37,537 bases of DNA from an uncultured Mycoplasmatota bacterium. Lineage in GTDB: Bacteria; Bacillota_I; Bacilli_A; RF39; UBA660. Positions 24,788-33,200 of the stretch are shown here, one piece after another (positions within the stretch are counted from its first letter, which is position 1; the number at the start of each line of letters is the position of its first letter). Location: NCBI GenBank assembly GCA_946007485.1, contig CAMGAM010000001.1, positions 1-37,537 on the forward strand, given 5' to 3'. Below the pieces are notes generated by a model. It saw only the letters and a list, made by a program, of their open reading frames with translations. It did no database searches and had not been told where the DNA came from. The translations under genes and the position numbers were made by a program.

Positions 24788-25424
24788 GTAGATCAATATT
24801 AAATGTTAATAGTTCTTTGGTAGTTGGATGATAGAATGATAAACATTTAGCAATGAGAGCTAGATTTTCGTGATTATCTTTTTTGATTTGGTTATTATAT
24901 TTATGATCACCATATAAGGGATTAGATCTACTTGAGAATTGAACTCTTATTTGATGATGTCTTCCAGTGTGAAGATTAATTTTAACTAGATTTAAGTTAT
25001 CGATAGAATTAATTACTTCATATGAGAGAATGGCTAATTTGCCTTTATCTTTAGTGGTTATATATGAAGTATTAGTAGCTTCATCTTTGATTAGATAGTC
25101 TTCAATAGTATCTTTTGCTTTGAGTTTACCAAGAACGATGGCGTAGTAAGTTTTAGTAAATTGTTTATTTTGGATTTGTTTAGATAGTCTTTCAGCTGCT
25201 TTACTAGTTTTGGCAAAGACCATTATGCCTTCAGTTGGTCTATCTAGTCTATGAACTAATCCAAGGTAGACATTACCTGGTTTATTATATTTGTTTTTAA
25301 GATATTCTTTTAGAATAGTTAATAAATCTGGGTCATTTGATGAGTCTTTACATACGGGAAGATTGGCAGGTTTATTTACTACTAAAAGATGATTATCTTC
25401 ATATAAGATATCAATATTATTCAT
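24756..25424 (-). CDS. RluA-family pseudouridine synthase
   Basis: HRLDRPTEGIMVFAKT catalytic Asp motif and HTGRHHQIRVQF. The start is set at ATG 25424 (MNNIDILYEDNHLLVVNKP) behind a GGAG SD. The longer track start overlaps the upstream gene. Confidence 0.8.
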   Translation of the reverse strand: MNNIDILYEDNHLLVVNKPANLPVCKDSSNDPDLLTILKEYLKNKYNKPGNVYLGLVHRLDRPTEGIMVFAKTSKAAERLSKQIQNKQFTKTYYAIVLGKLKAKDTIEDYLIKDEATNTSYITTKDKGKLAILSYEVINSIDNLNLVKINLHTGRHHQIRVQFSSRSNPLYGDHKYNNQIKKDNHENLALIAKCLSFYHPTTKELLTFNIDLPKKYPWNLFS

Positions 25425-26283
25425 GATTATTCTCCACTTTACCATAAATTCCACATGGTAAGTATAGATTATTTTCGGTGATAGGAAGACCTATTTCTCC
25501 AGTAGTAATTGTACTATTTTTGAATGTTAATGATAAGATATTATTTAATGATATTGGAGATATACCAGTTGTATAGGCACTAATTAGGAGAAATGAATAA
25601 TCTTTATCAAGAAGTTTTTTAGTTTTATTTAGTAGTTCTTGAATATTATCTTCAAAACGCCAAACTTCTTTATTGGGACCTCTTCCATAACTAGGTGGGT
25701 CCATAATGATAGCATGGTAGGTTCTTCCTCTTCTGATTTCACGATCTAAGAATTTTAAGACATCTTCTTGAATGAAACGAATGGTATTGTTTTCTAAGTG
25801 AGATAATTTCATGTTTTCTTTTGCCCAGTCAATCATTCCTTTAGATGAATCAACATGAACTACTTCTTTAGCACCAGCAGATGAAGCAGCCATGGTAGCA
25901 CATCCAGTATATGCAAATAAATTTAGGACACGAAATTCTTTGTTGTTAGAATTACTGATTTTGTAGGTAATATAATCCCAATTGGTAGCTTGTTCTGGGA
26001 ATATTCCGGTATGTTTAAAATTAGTGGGGCTTACTTTAAATGTTAAATTTTTATAATTAATAGTCCAATGTTCTGGTAATTTTTTACGGAATTCCCATGA
26101 TCCACCACCAAGATTTGAGCGGTGATAGTAGCCATCCCAGTTGTTCCAAATAGAATTATTAGTTTTATCCCAAATGATTTGAGGATCTGGTCTATTTAAA
26201 ATAATTTTTCCCCATCTTTCTAATTTTTCTCCATTACCAGTAGCTAAACATTCATAGTCTTGCCAATTATTACTAATATTCAT
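25417..26283 (-). CDS. Class I SAM-dependent (rRNA-type, RlmI/RlmK-like) methyltransferase
   Basis: VLNLFAYTGCATMAASSAGAKEVVHVDSS (SAM motif I region) and AIIMDPPSYGRGP (DPP motif IV). Confidence 0.7.
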   Translation of the reverse strand: MNISNNWQDYECLATGNGEKLERWGKIILNRPDPQIIWDKTNNSIWNNWDGYYHRSNLGGGSWEFRKKLPEHWTINYKNLTFKVSPTNFKHTGIFPEQATNWDYITYKISNSNNKEFRVLNLFAYTGCATMAASSAGAKEVVHVDSSKGMIDWAKENMKLSHLENNTIRFIQEDVLKFLDREIRRGRTYHAIIMDPPSYGRGPNKEVWRFEDNIQELLNKTKKLLDKDYSFLLISAYTTGISPISLNNILSLTFKNSTITTGEIGLPITENNLYLPCGIYGKVENNHE

Positions 26284-26360
26284 GATATGACTTCCTTTCA
26301 GATAAAATATTATAATTATTTTATCTTAAATTTAATATTTTGTCTAGTGTATTAAAATAT

Positions 26361-26389
26361 TTGATAAATAGAGCAAAAGATGTTATAAT
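26361..26389 (+). promoter_or_regulatory. sigma-A promoter of the prepilin-lspA-rluD-rhomboid operon
   Basis: TTGATA (26361-26366), 17-nt spacer, TGtTATAAT (-10 at 26384-26389). Confidence 0.6.
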
Positions 26390-26421
26390 TTTAAGTAATG
26401 AAAGAGATATGGGGTGATATA

Positions 26422-26928
26422 ATGAATAATAAAGGTTTTACTTTAGTAGAGTTATTGGCTACAGTAGTATTGTTAGCAATAATTATGGGAATTGTTTTAG
26501 TTAGCACAACTGGTGGTTTTAAAAAAAGTAAAGAAGATACGGAGAAATTGTTTATTGATACGATTGAAGATGCAATGGATATATATTTAGATAGTGATGC
26601 AAAAAATTTGAGTTATGAATATGAAGGTTGTACAATTGATAAGACTCATAAAATTGGAGTTAAGTTATATAAGGCTAATGATATAACATTTAATGGTGTA
26701 ATAAATTCAACATATCATCCACTTACGGAATCTGATTTGGTTAATCCAGCTAATGATAAGAAATGTAAGGCTACTGCGACAATATCAATATATAGAGATG
26801 AAGATTTTGTATATTATTATAAGATAGATAAGAATAATCTTGAATGCTTGACTAGCAGTGATGTTATAAGTAATTTACCTGAAAAATGTACTAAAAATGA
26901 TTTAGAAGTGGAGTGTACTAAATGTTAA
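26422..26928 (+). CDS. Type IV pilin / pseudopilin-like protein with prepilin (class III) signal
   Basis: MNNKG|FTLVELLATVVLLAIIMGIVLV: the G-F cleavage motif, Glu at +5, and a hydrophobic helix. The C-terminal globular part has 6 Cys. Start at ATG 26422 behind a GGGGTG SD. Confidence 0.75.
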   Translation: MNNKGFTLVELLATVVLLAIIMGIVLVSTTGGFKKSKEDTEKLFIDTIEDAMDIYLDSDAKNLSYEYEGCTIDKTHKIGVKLYKANDITFNGVINSTYHPLTESDLVNPANDKKCKATATISIYRDEDFVYYYKIDKNNLECLTSSDVISNLPEKCTKNDLEVECTKC

Positions 26929-27374
26929 TATGGCTTACTTTGGTGGTAATATTACTTGATATGGTTAGTAAGTATATTGTTAGTAAATTACTTATAGTAA
27001 ATGAAAGTGTAATGATAATTAAGAATTTCTTTAATATTACTTACGTTAGAAATACAGTGTCTGCTTTTAGTATATTTTCTGGGAATACTTTTTTGGTAAT
27101 GGTAATATCTTTTATGATTATTATGGGGATAATTTTATATATAAGGAAGAATAAACCTAGTAATAAGATAGAGAAGATATCTTATTCATTAATATTAGGG
27201 GGAGCAATAGGTAATTTTATTGATAGAATTATATATGGATATGTAAGAGATTTTATAGAGATAGATATTTTTGGATGGGATTATCCTATATTTAATTTAG
27301 CAGATGTTTTTGTAGTAGTTGGAGTGATACTTTTAGTAATTGCTACTTGGAGGGGAAGAAATGATAGAGGTTAA
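26922..27374 (+). CDS. lspA: Lipoprotein signal peptidase II
   Basis: 150 aa with 4 TM helices. RNTVSAFS (variant of N.GAAF), LGGAIGNFIDR and FNLADVFVVVG are LspA signatures. The ATG overlaps the prepilin stop (ATGTTAA). Confidence 0.85.
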   Translation: MLIWLTLVVILLDMVSKYIVSKLLIVNESVMIIKNFFNITYVRNTVSAFSIFSGNTFLVMVISFMIIMGIILYIRKNKPSNKIEKISYSLILGGAIGNFIDRIIYGYVRDFIEIDIFGWDYPIFNLADVFVVVGVILLVIATWRGRNDRG

Positions 27375-28311
27375 AGTATTAGATAGAGATGGAATTAGAA
27401 TAGATAAATATTTAAATGAAGAATGTGATATTAGTAGAAGTAGGATTAAGAAATTAATTGCTGATGAGAAGATCTTGGTAAATGGAAAGAGTGTTAAAGC
27501 TAGTTATTTAGTTAAAATGGATGATGTGATATCAGTTAATAATGAAATAGATAAAGAAAGTGATATTGTTCCTGAGAATATAGAACTAGATATTGTTTAT
27601 GAAGATGAATATTTGATGGTGGTTAATAAGAAGTCTGGTATGGTTGTGCATCCTGGTAATGGAAATTATAGTGGGACTTTAGTTAATGCTTTGATGTATC
27701 ATAGTAATGATAATTTATCTTCGGTAAATGGAAATGTTAGACCAGGAATAGTTCATAGAATTGATGCAGATACTTCGGGATTATTATTAGTAGCTAAGAA
27801 TGATATGGTTCATAATGATTTGGCTAAACAGATAAGTGAGAAAAATGTAGTTAGAAAGTATGTTGCTTTGGTATCTGGAGTAATTAAAGAAGATAGTGCA
27901 ACGATTGATGCTCCGATAGGGAGAGATAAGATTGATAGAAAAAAGATGTGTGTAACGGGAGATAATTCTAAAGATGCAATTACACATATTAAAGTATTAG
28001 AGAGATATAATAATGCAACGCTTATAGAGTGTAGACTTGAGACAGGTAGAACTCATCAGATAAGAGTGCATATGGCATATATTAAACATCCAGTAGTAAA
28101 TGATCCAGTATATGGACATGTTAAGAATGATGAGAAAGTTATAAAAGAACATACGGATAATAAAGAAGAGATGCTTAAGTATATAGAATTTGGGCAATTA
28201 TTACATGCTAAAGAGATAGGATTTGTACATCCAATTACAAAAGAATTTATGGATTTTCAGGTAGATACTCCAGATATGTTTAAAGAAATTCAAGCGATGT
28301 ATAAAGATTAG
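27361..28311 (+). CDS. rluD: 23S rRNA pseudouridine synthase RluD (S4 domain + RluA-type catalytic domain)
   Basis: S4 region IRIDKYL...SRSRIKKLI. HRIDADTSGLLLVAKN and GRTHQIRVHM are present. lspA-rluD adjacency matches B. subtilis. Start at ATG 27361 behind a GGAGGGG SD. Confidence 0.85.
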   Translation: MIEVKVLDRDGIRIDKYLNEECDISRSRIKKLIADEKILVNGKSVKASYLVKMDDVISVNNEIDKESDIVPENIELDIVYEDEYLMVVNKKSGMVVHPGNGNYSGTLVNALMYHSNDNLSSVNGNVRPGIVHRIDADTSGLLLVAKNDMVHNDLAKQISEKNVVRKYVALVSGVIKEDSATIDAPIGRDKIDRKKMCVTGDNSKDAITHIKVLERYNNATLIECRLETGRTHQIRVHMAYIKHPVVNDPVYGHVKNDEKVIKEHTDNKEEMLKYIEFGQLLHAKEIGFVHPITKEFMDFQVDTPDMFKEIQAMYKD

Positions 28312-28323
28312 TACGAGGTGAAT

Positions 28324-29463
28324 ATGATGGAACAGGTAATTATAAACGATAAAGAGATAGTGGTAATGAATTTGGTTCATTATTTTGTAACTGAGAAAAA
28401 TTATAATCCAGTAGTAGTACATGGAATTAATGATGAGATATGGCTTGAGAATATGGATAGTGAATATAAATTAGTGAGAATAGTATCTAGATATATTCAT
28501 AATAATGAACAGTTAGATTTTAATAGATTTAGATCTAATCAGATAGTTAAAAAACTTAAAATGAAGACATTATCTTTTAAGATGAAGACACTTAGTATTT
28601 ATACCGATTTAGGTGATAATGTATCTGATATAGATAATGATAAAGAAAATAATTGTGAAGTATTTATTAAGAATATTAAGGATATTGGCGATAATCCACT
28701 GATATTAAAAGTATTTCCGGATATTATTGAGAAGACTCATCATGATGAGAAGGGATTAGAACTTTTATTTAAGATAACGGATGATATTAATGGAACTAAT
28801 GAAAGGAAGAATAAGAAAATGGAGAAAATATTTTCAACAAAAAAGCCAATAATTACATGGATATTGATAGGATTATGTATCATTATGTTTTTTATATCTG
28901 GTATGGGATATGATACATATAAGTTGGTTCAATTTGGAGCTAATTTTTCAAGATTAGTTAAAAATGGAGAAATATATAGACTTGTTAGTTATATGTTTTT
29001 ACATGCTGGGATTATGCATATTCTTCTTAATATGTATTCTTTATATATTGTAGGAACTAAGGTAGAAGACTTCTTTGGAAAATGGAAGTATTTACTAATA
29101 TATTTTATTAGTGGAATAAGTGGTGGTTTACTTTCGATAGGACTTAGTCAAGATACAATATCAGTTGGAGCAAGTGGAGCAATCTTTGGTTTATTTGGAG
29201 CACTTATATATTTTGGATATAGTTATCGTGGATATATTGGTTCAATGATTAGAAGTCAGATAATACCAATTGTGGTATATAATCTACTTATTGGATTCTT
29301 TATACCAGGAATTGATATGTGGGGACATGTCGGGGGATTAATAGGAGGAATACTTACTGCTAATGTGTTAGGAACAATTGAGAATAAAGATTATAAAATT
29401 AGTAATATTGTTCTTTTAGTAATATATTTTGCTTTTTTGGTATATTTAGGAATATATAGTTAG
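28324..29463 (+). CDS. Rhomboid-family intramembrane serine protease with ~170-aa cytoplasmic N-terminal domain
   Basis: Catalytic GASGAIFGLFGA (Ser) and HVGGLIGG (His), plus six or more TM helices. The start is ambiguous: GTG 28318, ATG 28324 or ATG 28327. Confidence 0.85.
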   Translation: MMEQVIINDKEIVVMNLVHYFVTEKNYNPVVVHGINDEIWLENMDSEYKLVRIVSRYIHNNEQLDFNRFRSNQIVKKLKMKTLSFKMKTLSIYTDLGDNVSDIDNDKENNCEVFIKNIKDIGDNPLILKVFPDIIEKTHHDEKGLELLFKITDDINGTNERKNKKMEKIFSTKKPIITWILIGLCIIMFFISGMGYDTYKLVQFGANFSRLVKNGEIYRLVSYMFLHAGIMHILLNMYSLYIVGTKVEDFFGKWKYLLIYFISGISGGLLSIGLSQDTISVGASGAIFGLFGALIYFGYSYRGYIGSMIRSQIIPIVVYNLLIGFFIPGIDMWGHVGGLIGGILTANVLGTIENKDYKISNIVLLVIYFAFLVYLGIYS

Positions 29464-29505
29464 AACTGTGATGAAATTTAATAGTTTCATTTAGTTCTTT
29501 TTTTG
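29462..29505 (+). terminator. Intrinsic terminator of the prepilin-to-rhomboid operon
   Basis: AGAACT..ATGAAA (29462-29476) pairs with TTTCAT..AGTTCT (29485-29498), followed by TTTTTTT. Confidence 0.7.
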
Positions 29506-29669
29506 ATATTTTATAGATAATAAATAATATTTTAAATATCTTATTATTGGTGTGATAATTTTAAATAGTTATATATTAATAGATATATAATTTAGCAATT
29601 AGTTGTTAAATATTTGAAACGGAGTTTAGATTAACTAAAAAGATAAATAAATACTTGTAGTTAATAAGT

Positions 29670-29698
29670 TTGACAAATAAAAATACCTTTGATATTAT
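29670..29698 (+). promoter_or_regulatory. sigma-A promoter for the small hydrophobic ORF transcript
   Basis: TTGACA (29670-29675), 17-nt spacer, TATTAT (29693-29698). Confidence 0.55.
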
Positions 29699-29763
29699 TT
29701 AGTAGAACATTTGATAGTTAGGTATTCCTTATTCTTAAAAAATAAAGAATGGGGGTGATATTT

Positions 29764-29850
29764 GTGGGTAAAAAAGATGTTCTTATCTTTTTCCAAAATT
29801 TCATAATCCTCCTTTTACTATTAATAATCATTATGTTGATTTTAATATAA
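29764..29850 (+). CDS. 28-aa hydrophobic peptide, candidate type I toxin (below the ORF-track size cutoff)
   Basis: SD GGGGGTGAT (29751-29759) lies 8 nt before GTG 29764. Product: MGKKDVLIFFQNFIILLLLLIIIMLILI, stop TAA. An in-frame ATG at 29749 without an SD would give 33 aa. It has its own promoter and terminator. Confidence 0.5.
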   Translation: MGKKDVLIFFQNFIILLLLLIIIMLILI

Positions 29851-29881
29851 AAGAAAATACCTAACATAAGTTTGTTAGGTA
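29849..29881 (-). terminator. Minus-strand intrinsic terminator (end of candidate antisense RNA)
   Basis: TACCTAAC (29858-29865) pairs with GTTAGGTA (29874-29881). On the minus strand it is followed by TTTTCTTTT (plus-strand 29849-29857). There is no T-run on the plus-strand side. Confidence 0.6.
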
Positions 29882-29957
29882 CGCCCAAATTATTAAGGAG
29901 TACTTGACACACCAATATCAAGTGTTCCTTTTTTATTATATGAAGTTTCCTTCATTT
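29850..29957 (-). ncRNA. Candidate ~105-nt antisense RNA convergent with the small ORF (putative type I antitoxin)
   Basis: It is bounded by the minus-strand promoter at 29964-29993 and the minus-strand terminator at 29849-29881. It is fully complementary to the 3' UTR and terminator of the plus-strand transcript. Confidence 0.4.
29897..29935 (+). terminator. Plus-strand intrinsic terminator of the small-ORF transcript
   Basis: GGAGTACTTGA (29897-29907) pairs with TCAAGTGTTCC (29918-29928). The stem is 11 bp including 2 G-U pairs and is followed by TTTTTT. Confidence 0.65.
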
Positions 29958-29963
29958 AAATAC

Positions 29964-29993
29964 ATTGTATCATAAGATTATTTGATTAGTCAA
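29964..29993 (-). promoter_or_regulatory. Extended -10 promoter on the minus strand
   Basis: On the minus strand: TTGACT (29993-29988), 18-nt spacer, TGaTACAAT (-10 at 29969-29964). Confidence 0.55.
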
Positions 29994-30181
29994 TTCAAAT
30001 TTTAATAAAAAAGGTCTACATTTGAGATTTTTTCCATCTTGTAATAATTATAGCGAATATATGATTTCTAAATTTAAGAATATTAAATTTGTTTTTAAAT
30101 ATTATAAATCTTGATGCCTAACAATGTGCATTTCTTTTTTTAAATACATGTTAGAGATATGAGAAATGTCTCTTTTTTTCG

Positions 30182-30210
30182 TTGACATATAGGGGTGTAA
30201 ATGATATAAT
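30182..30210 (+). promoter_or_regulatory. Perfect consensus sigma-A promoter of the giant FN3-like protein operon
   Basis: TTGACA (30182-30187), 17-nt spacer, TGaTATAAT (-10 at 30205-30210). Confidence 0.75.
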
Positions 30211-30255
30211 TTTTATAGTATGGTATAGTAGCTTTGATAGTAAGAGGTGAATAGA

Positions 30256-33200
30256 ATGAAGAAATTATTAGATGGAAAATTTTTATCAATATTAGCATTA
30301 AGCTTAGTCGTTTTGATTGGGTTAGTTTTTGGAGCATTTTATTTATTTGATGAAGATGAAGATGCTTTTGTAAAGAGCGGTTATGTTCTTAATCCACTTA
30401 GTGAGAAAGTAGAGAAATATTTCTTTAATGAAGATACAGGATATAGAACTAATTTATCTTCGATGGTTGAATTTAAAGATGTTGATGATAATGATGTGGT
30501 AGTTCTTAAAGATAGTTTTGTTCATTATATGGATGGTTCATTATCTTTTTTGAAGAACGGAGCAATTCTTGATTTAGATTCAGTTAATGGAACTGGAACG
30601 GTAGTGTTTTATAATGTTAGTAATAAATTAATGATTACTAAAGATAATGGATATGTAATTAAAAATAGCGGTGAAGATATTAAACTTAATAATTTTATGG
30701 GAAGAATTAGTGATAACAAGTATATAGTTGTAGGTAATGTTAAAGCTAAGATTCCAGGAAACGAAACACTTGTTTCGGGAGATTATTTTGAGTTAGTATA
30801 TGTTGAAGAAGGAATTGTCAATATAGAAAATAAGGATGTTAAATATCAAGTAACTGCTGATGAGGCAAAGATTTATGTTGGTAATTTAGTAATTGATTTA
30901 GGAGATAAAAAGATTAGTTTAAATGATACGGATATAATGTCAATTACTACAATTACAATTGATGGTGATGAGAATATAGAGATAATTCCTAAGGATGAAG
31001 AAAAGGGTGATGATGATACTTCAGGAAATGGTACTGATAATGAAGGTGGTAATGGCACTGGAGATGGAAACGGTGGTGCTGGTGGTGAAAATGGTGATGG
31101 TACTGGTATTGGAAATGGTGAAACTGGAGAAGGTGATGGAACTGGACAAATTACCAAACCAATAGAGAGTGTAATCGTTTCTTTAAAAGAAGCTTCAGTA
31201 GGAAGTACGAATGTATCATTAGTATTTGATATTATTAATGCAGCAGATGATGATATGTTTATGTTAAAAGTTACTAATTTAGATAGTGGTAGAACGATTG
31301 ATATGGTGGCTCAGGTGCTTCAAGATGAGCAAATAAATGTCAATTTATTATCACCAAAGACTAAGTATTTGTTTACAGTGATTAATGAAAAAGATGGGGG
31401 AAAATATTTTCAAAAGATATTTGAAACGAATGATTTTGGCATTAGTTTAGAGAGAACATATGCTACTTCTTCAGAACTTGGATTTAGAGTTAATGTAGAT
31501 AGCGATACGGATATTACTAATGCTAAATTATCGTTATATAAATTTAATGAAGAGACTCATCAAAATGAAATTGTTAAGATAAGTTATCAAGATGGTGAAG
31601 AAACTAAGTATATGGAGAAGACAGTATGGCTTAGTGATTTAGAAGATTCAAAAGAAGTGATTTTTGATGGACTTGATAGTAATACGATATATACAGCGGT
31701 TTTAGATGAATTTTCTTTGGTTTCTTCTAATTTTAAAGATGTTTATAATATTACGCTTACGACAATGACACTTAAGAAAACGCCATTGTTTAGTGAGATG
31801 GAAGCAAAGAAAGATACGGCATCTGGTAGTTTTAAGTTATCACTTGGAAATATAGATGATCCTGATAAGGCAATTACACAATATACTTATTTGATATATG
31901 AAAATGGAAATTCAAATGAGACAGTAATTGATCCAATAGTTAAGGGAAATGCATCACCAATTGAAGTAAAAATTGGGGATGGTGATAATGAACTTAAGAA
32001 TGATACGAATTATTTCTATAAGGTAGTAATTGAATACTATGACAATGAAAAATATGTAGAGTATACGACTGGTGATACGATTAATTTTGTAATGGGAAGT
32101 GATCCATATATTACGGTAGTTCCTAAGGAAGAATTAATTAGTTATGATAGTATTGGGGCAACAATCTATCTTACAGATAATAGTTGTTTAGTAAGTATTC
32201 CAAATCGTGAAAAATGTCCTACTGAAAGTAGTAGTACGGTAGTGACAGTAAAAAAGAATAGTGTTGGCGGAGAGGTAATTGTTTTCTCTAAAATAGTTGA
32301 TTTTGAAGTTGTCGATGGTGAGTTAAAGTATGATTTATTTGTAGATGGTCTTCAGGAAGGAACACAATATAGTATTGAGGTTAGTGCGATTTTAAATAAT
32401 GATGGTTTTGGGCAACGTGTAGAGATTATGCATACGGATGAATCTAAGAGAACTATTGCTACAAAAACACTATCTAGTTTTGTAGCAATATATCCAGCTG
32501 AAGATAAACTTTTAAGTAGTGCTAATCACGTAGTTAATCAAAGAGTAAAATTAGAAGCGTCAGAAAACAATACCGGTACTTTGACACCAGATGAGACAGC
32601 AAGTTCGATAAAAAAAGTAGTTATTAGTTTATATGAAGGAAGTCATGTAGAGGATATTAAAACGCAAGATCCTTTAGTAGCTCCAATGGTATTTACAAAT
32701 ACAGATAAAATTAATTTGAAAGAGATGTTTTATGATAATTATTACGAAATAACTACTGATGGAACATTTGGGCTTGATATTGATGCACTTAAAGCTTTGA
32801 ATAAGGATGGTAGACTTAGTCCTACTTATACAATTATGATAAGAGCTTATTATGATACAGATGAGATAAATGAAGTAAAGATAGAGAATAATGTTATGGT
32901 ATATACGATTCTTGAGTCATTACTTCTTGAAAATGTAGAAGAGCCATTAATTATTACAAAGCCAATTACGAATGAAGTTTCTGGATATATATTTGAAAAT
33001 CTTAAAGATAAGGGAACAATCGTAGGATATTCAGTTAATGCAGTATATGATCGTAAAGGATTAGTAGCAAATAATTTAACGCCTCAAAATATTAATATAT
33101 ATGTATATGATAGTAATCATAATAGAGTTAAATTTTATATAAAGGATGATAATGGTAATTTAGTACTAGTTGATAAAATTACGGAATCTATTAGTAGTTT

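Noticed and set aside
10386-28422. Short opposite-strand or alternate-frame ORFs: 10386-10574, 11911-12141, 14088-14333, 15822-16016, 18602-18784, 22566-22781, 27787-27987, 27997-28197, 28201-28422
   Set aside because: Each is nested in a longer gene with clear family motifs. AT-rich genomes readily produce such Ile/Leu/Tyr/Asn-rich shadow ORFs. None has a plausible SD.
29718-29921. 67-aa minus-strand ORF in the 29.5-30.2 kb gap
   Set aside because: It has no SD, and it spans two terminator hairpins and the plus-strand SD/ORF. The region is better explained by the small plus-strand ORF and a non-coding antisense RNA.
30873-31157. Pro/Ser-rich 94-aa ORF on the minus strand
   Set aside because: It is the antisense shadow of the GGN-rich spacer (GGN read backwards gives NCC, which encodes Pro/Ser). 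It is embedded in the 1,919-aa gene.
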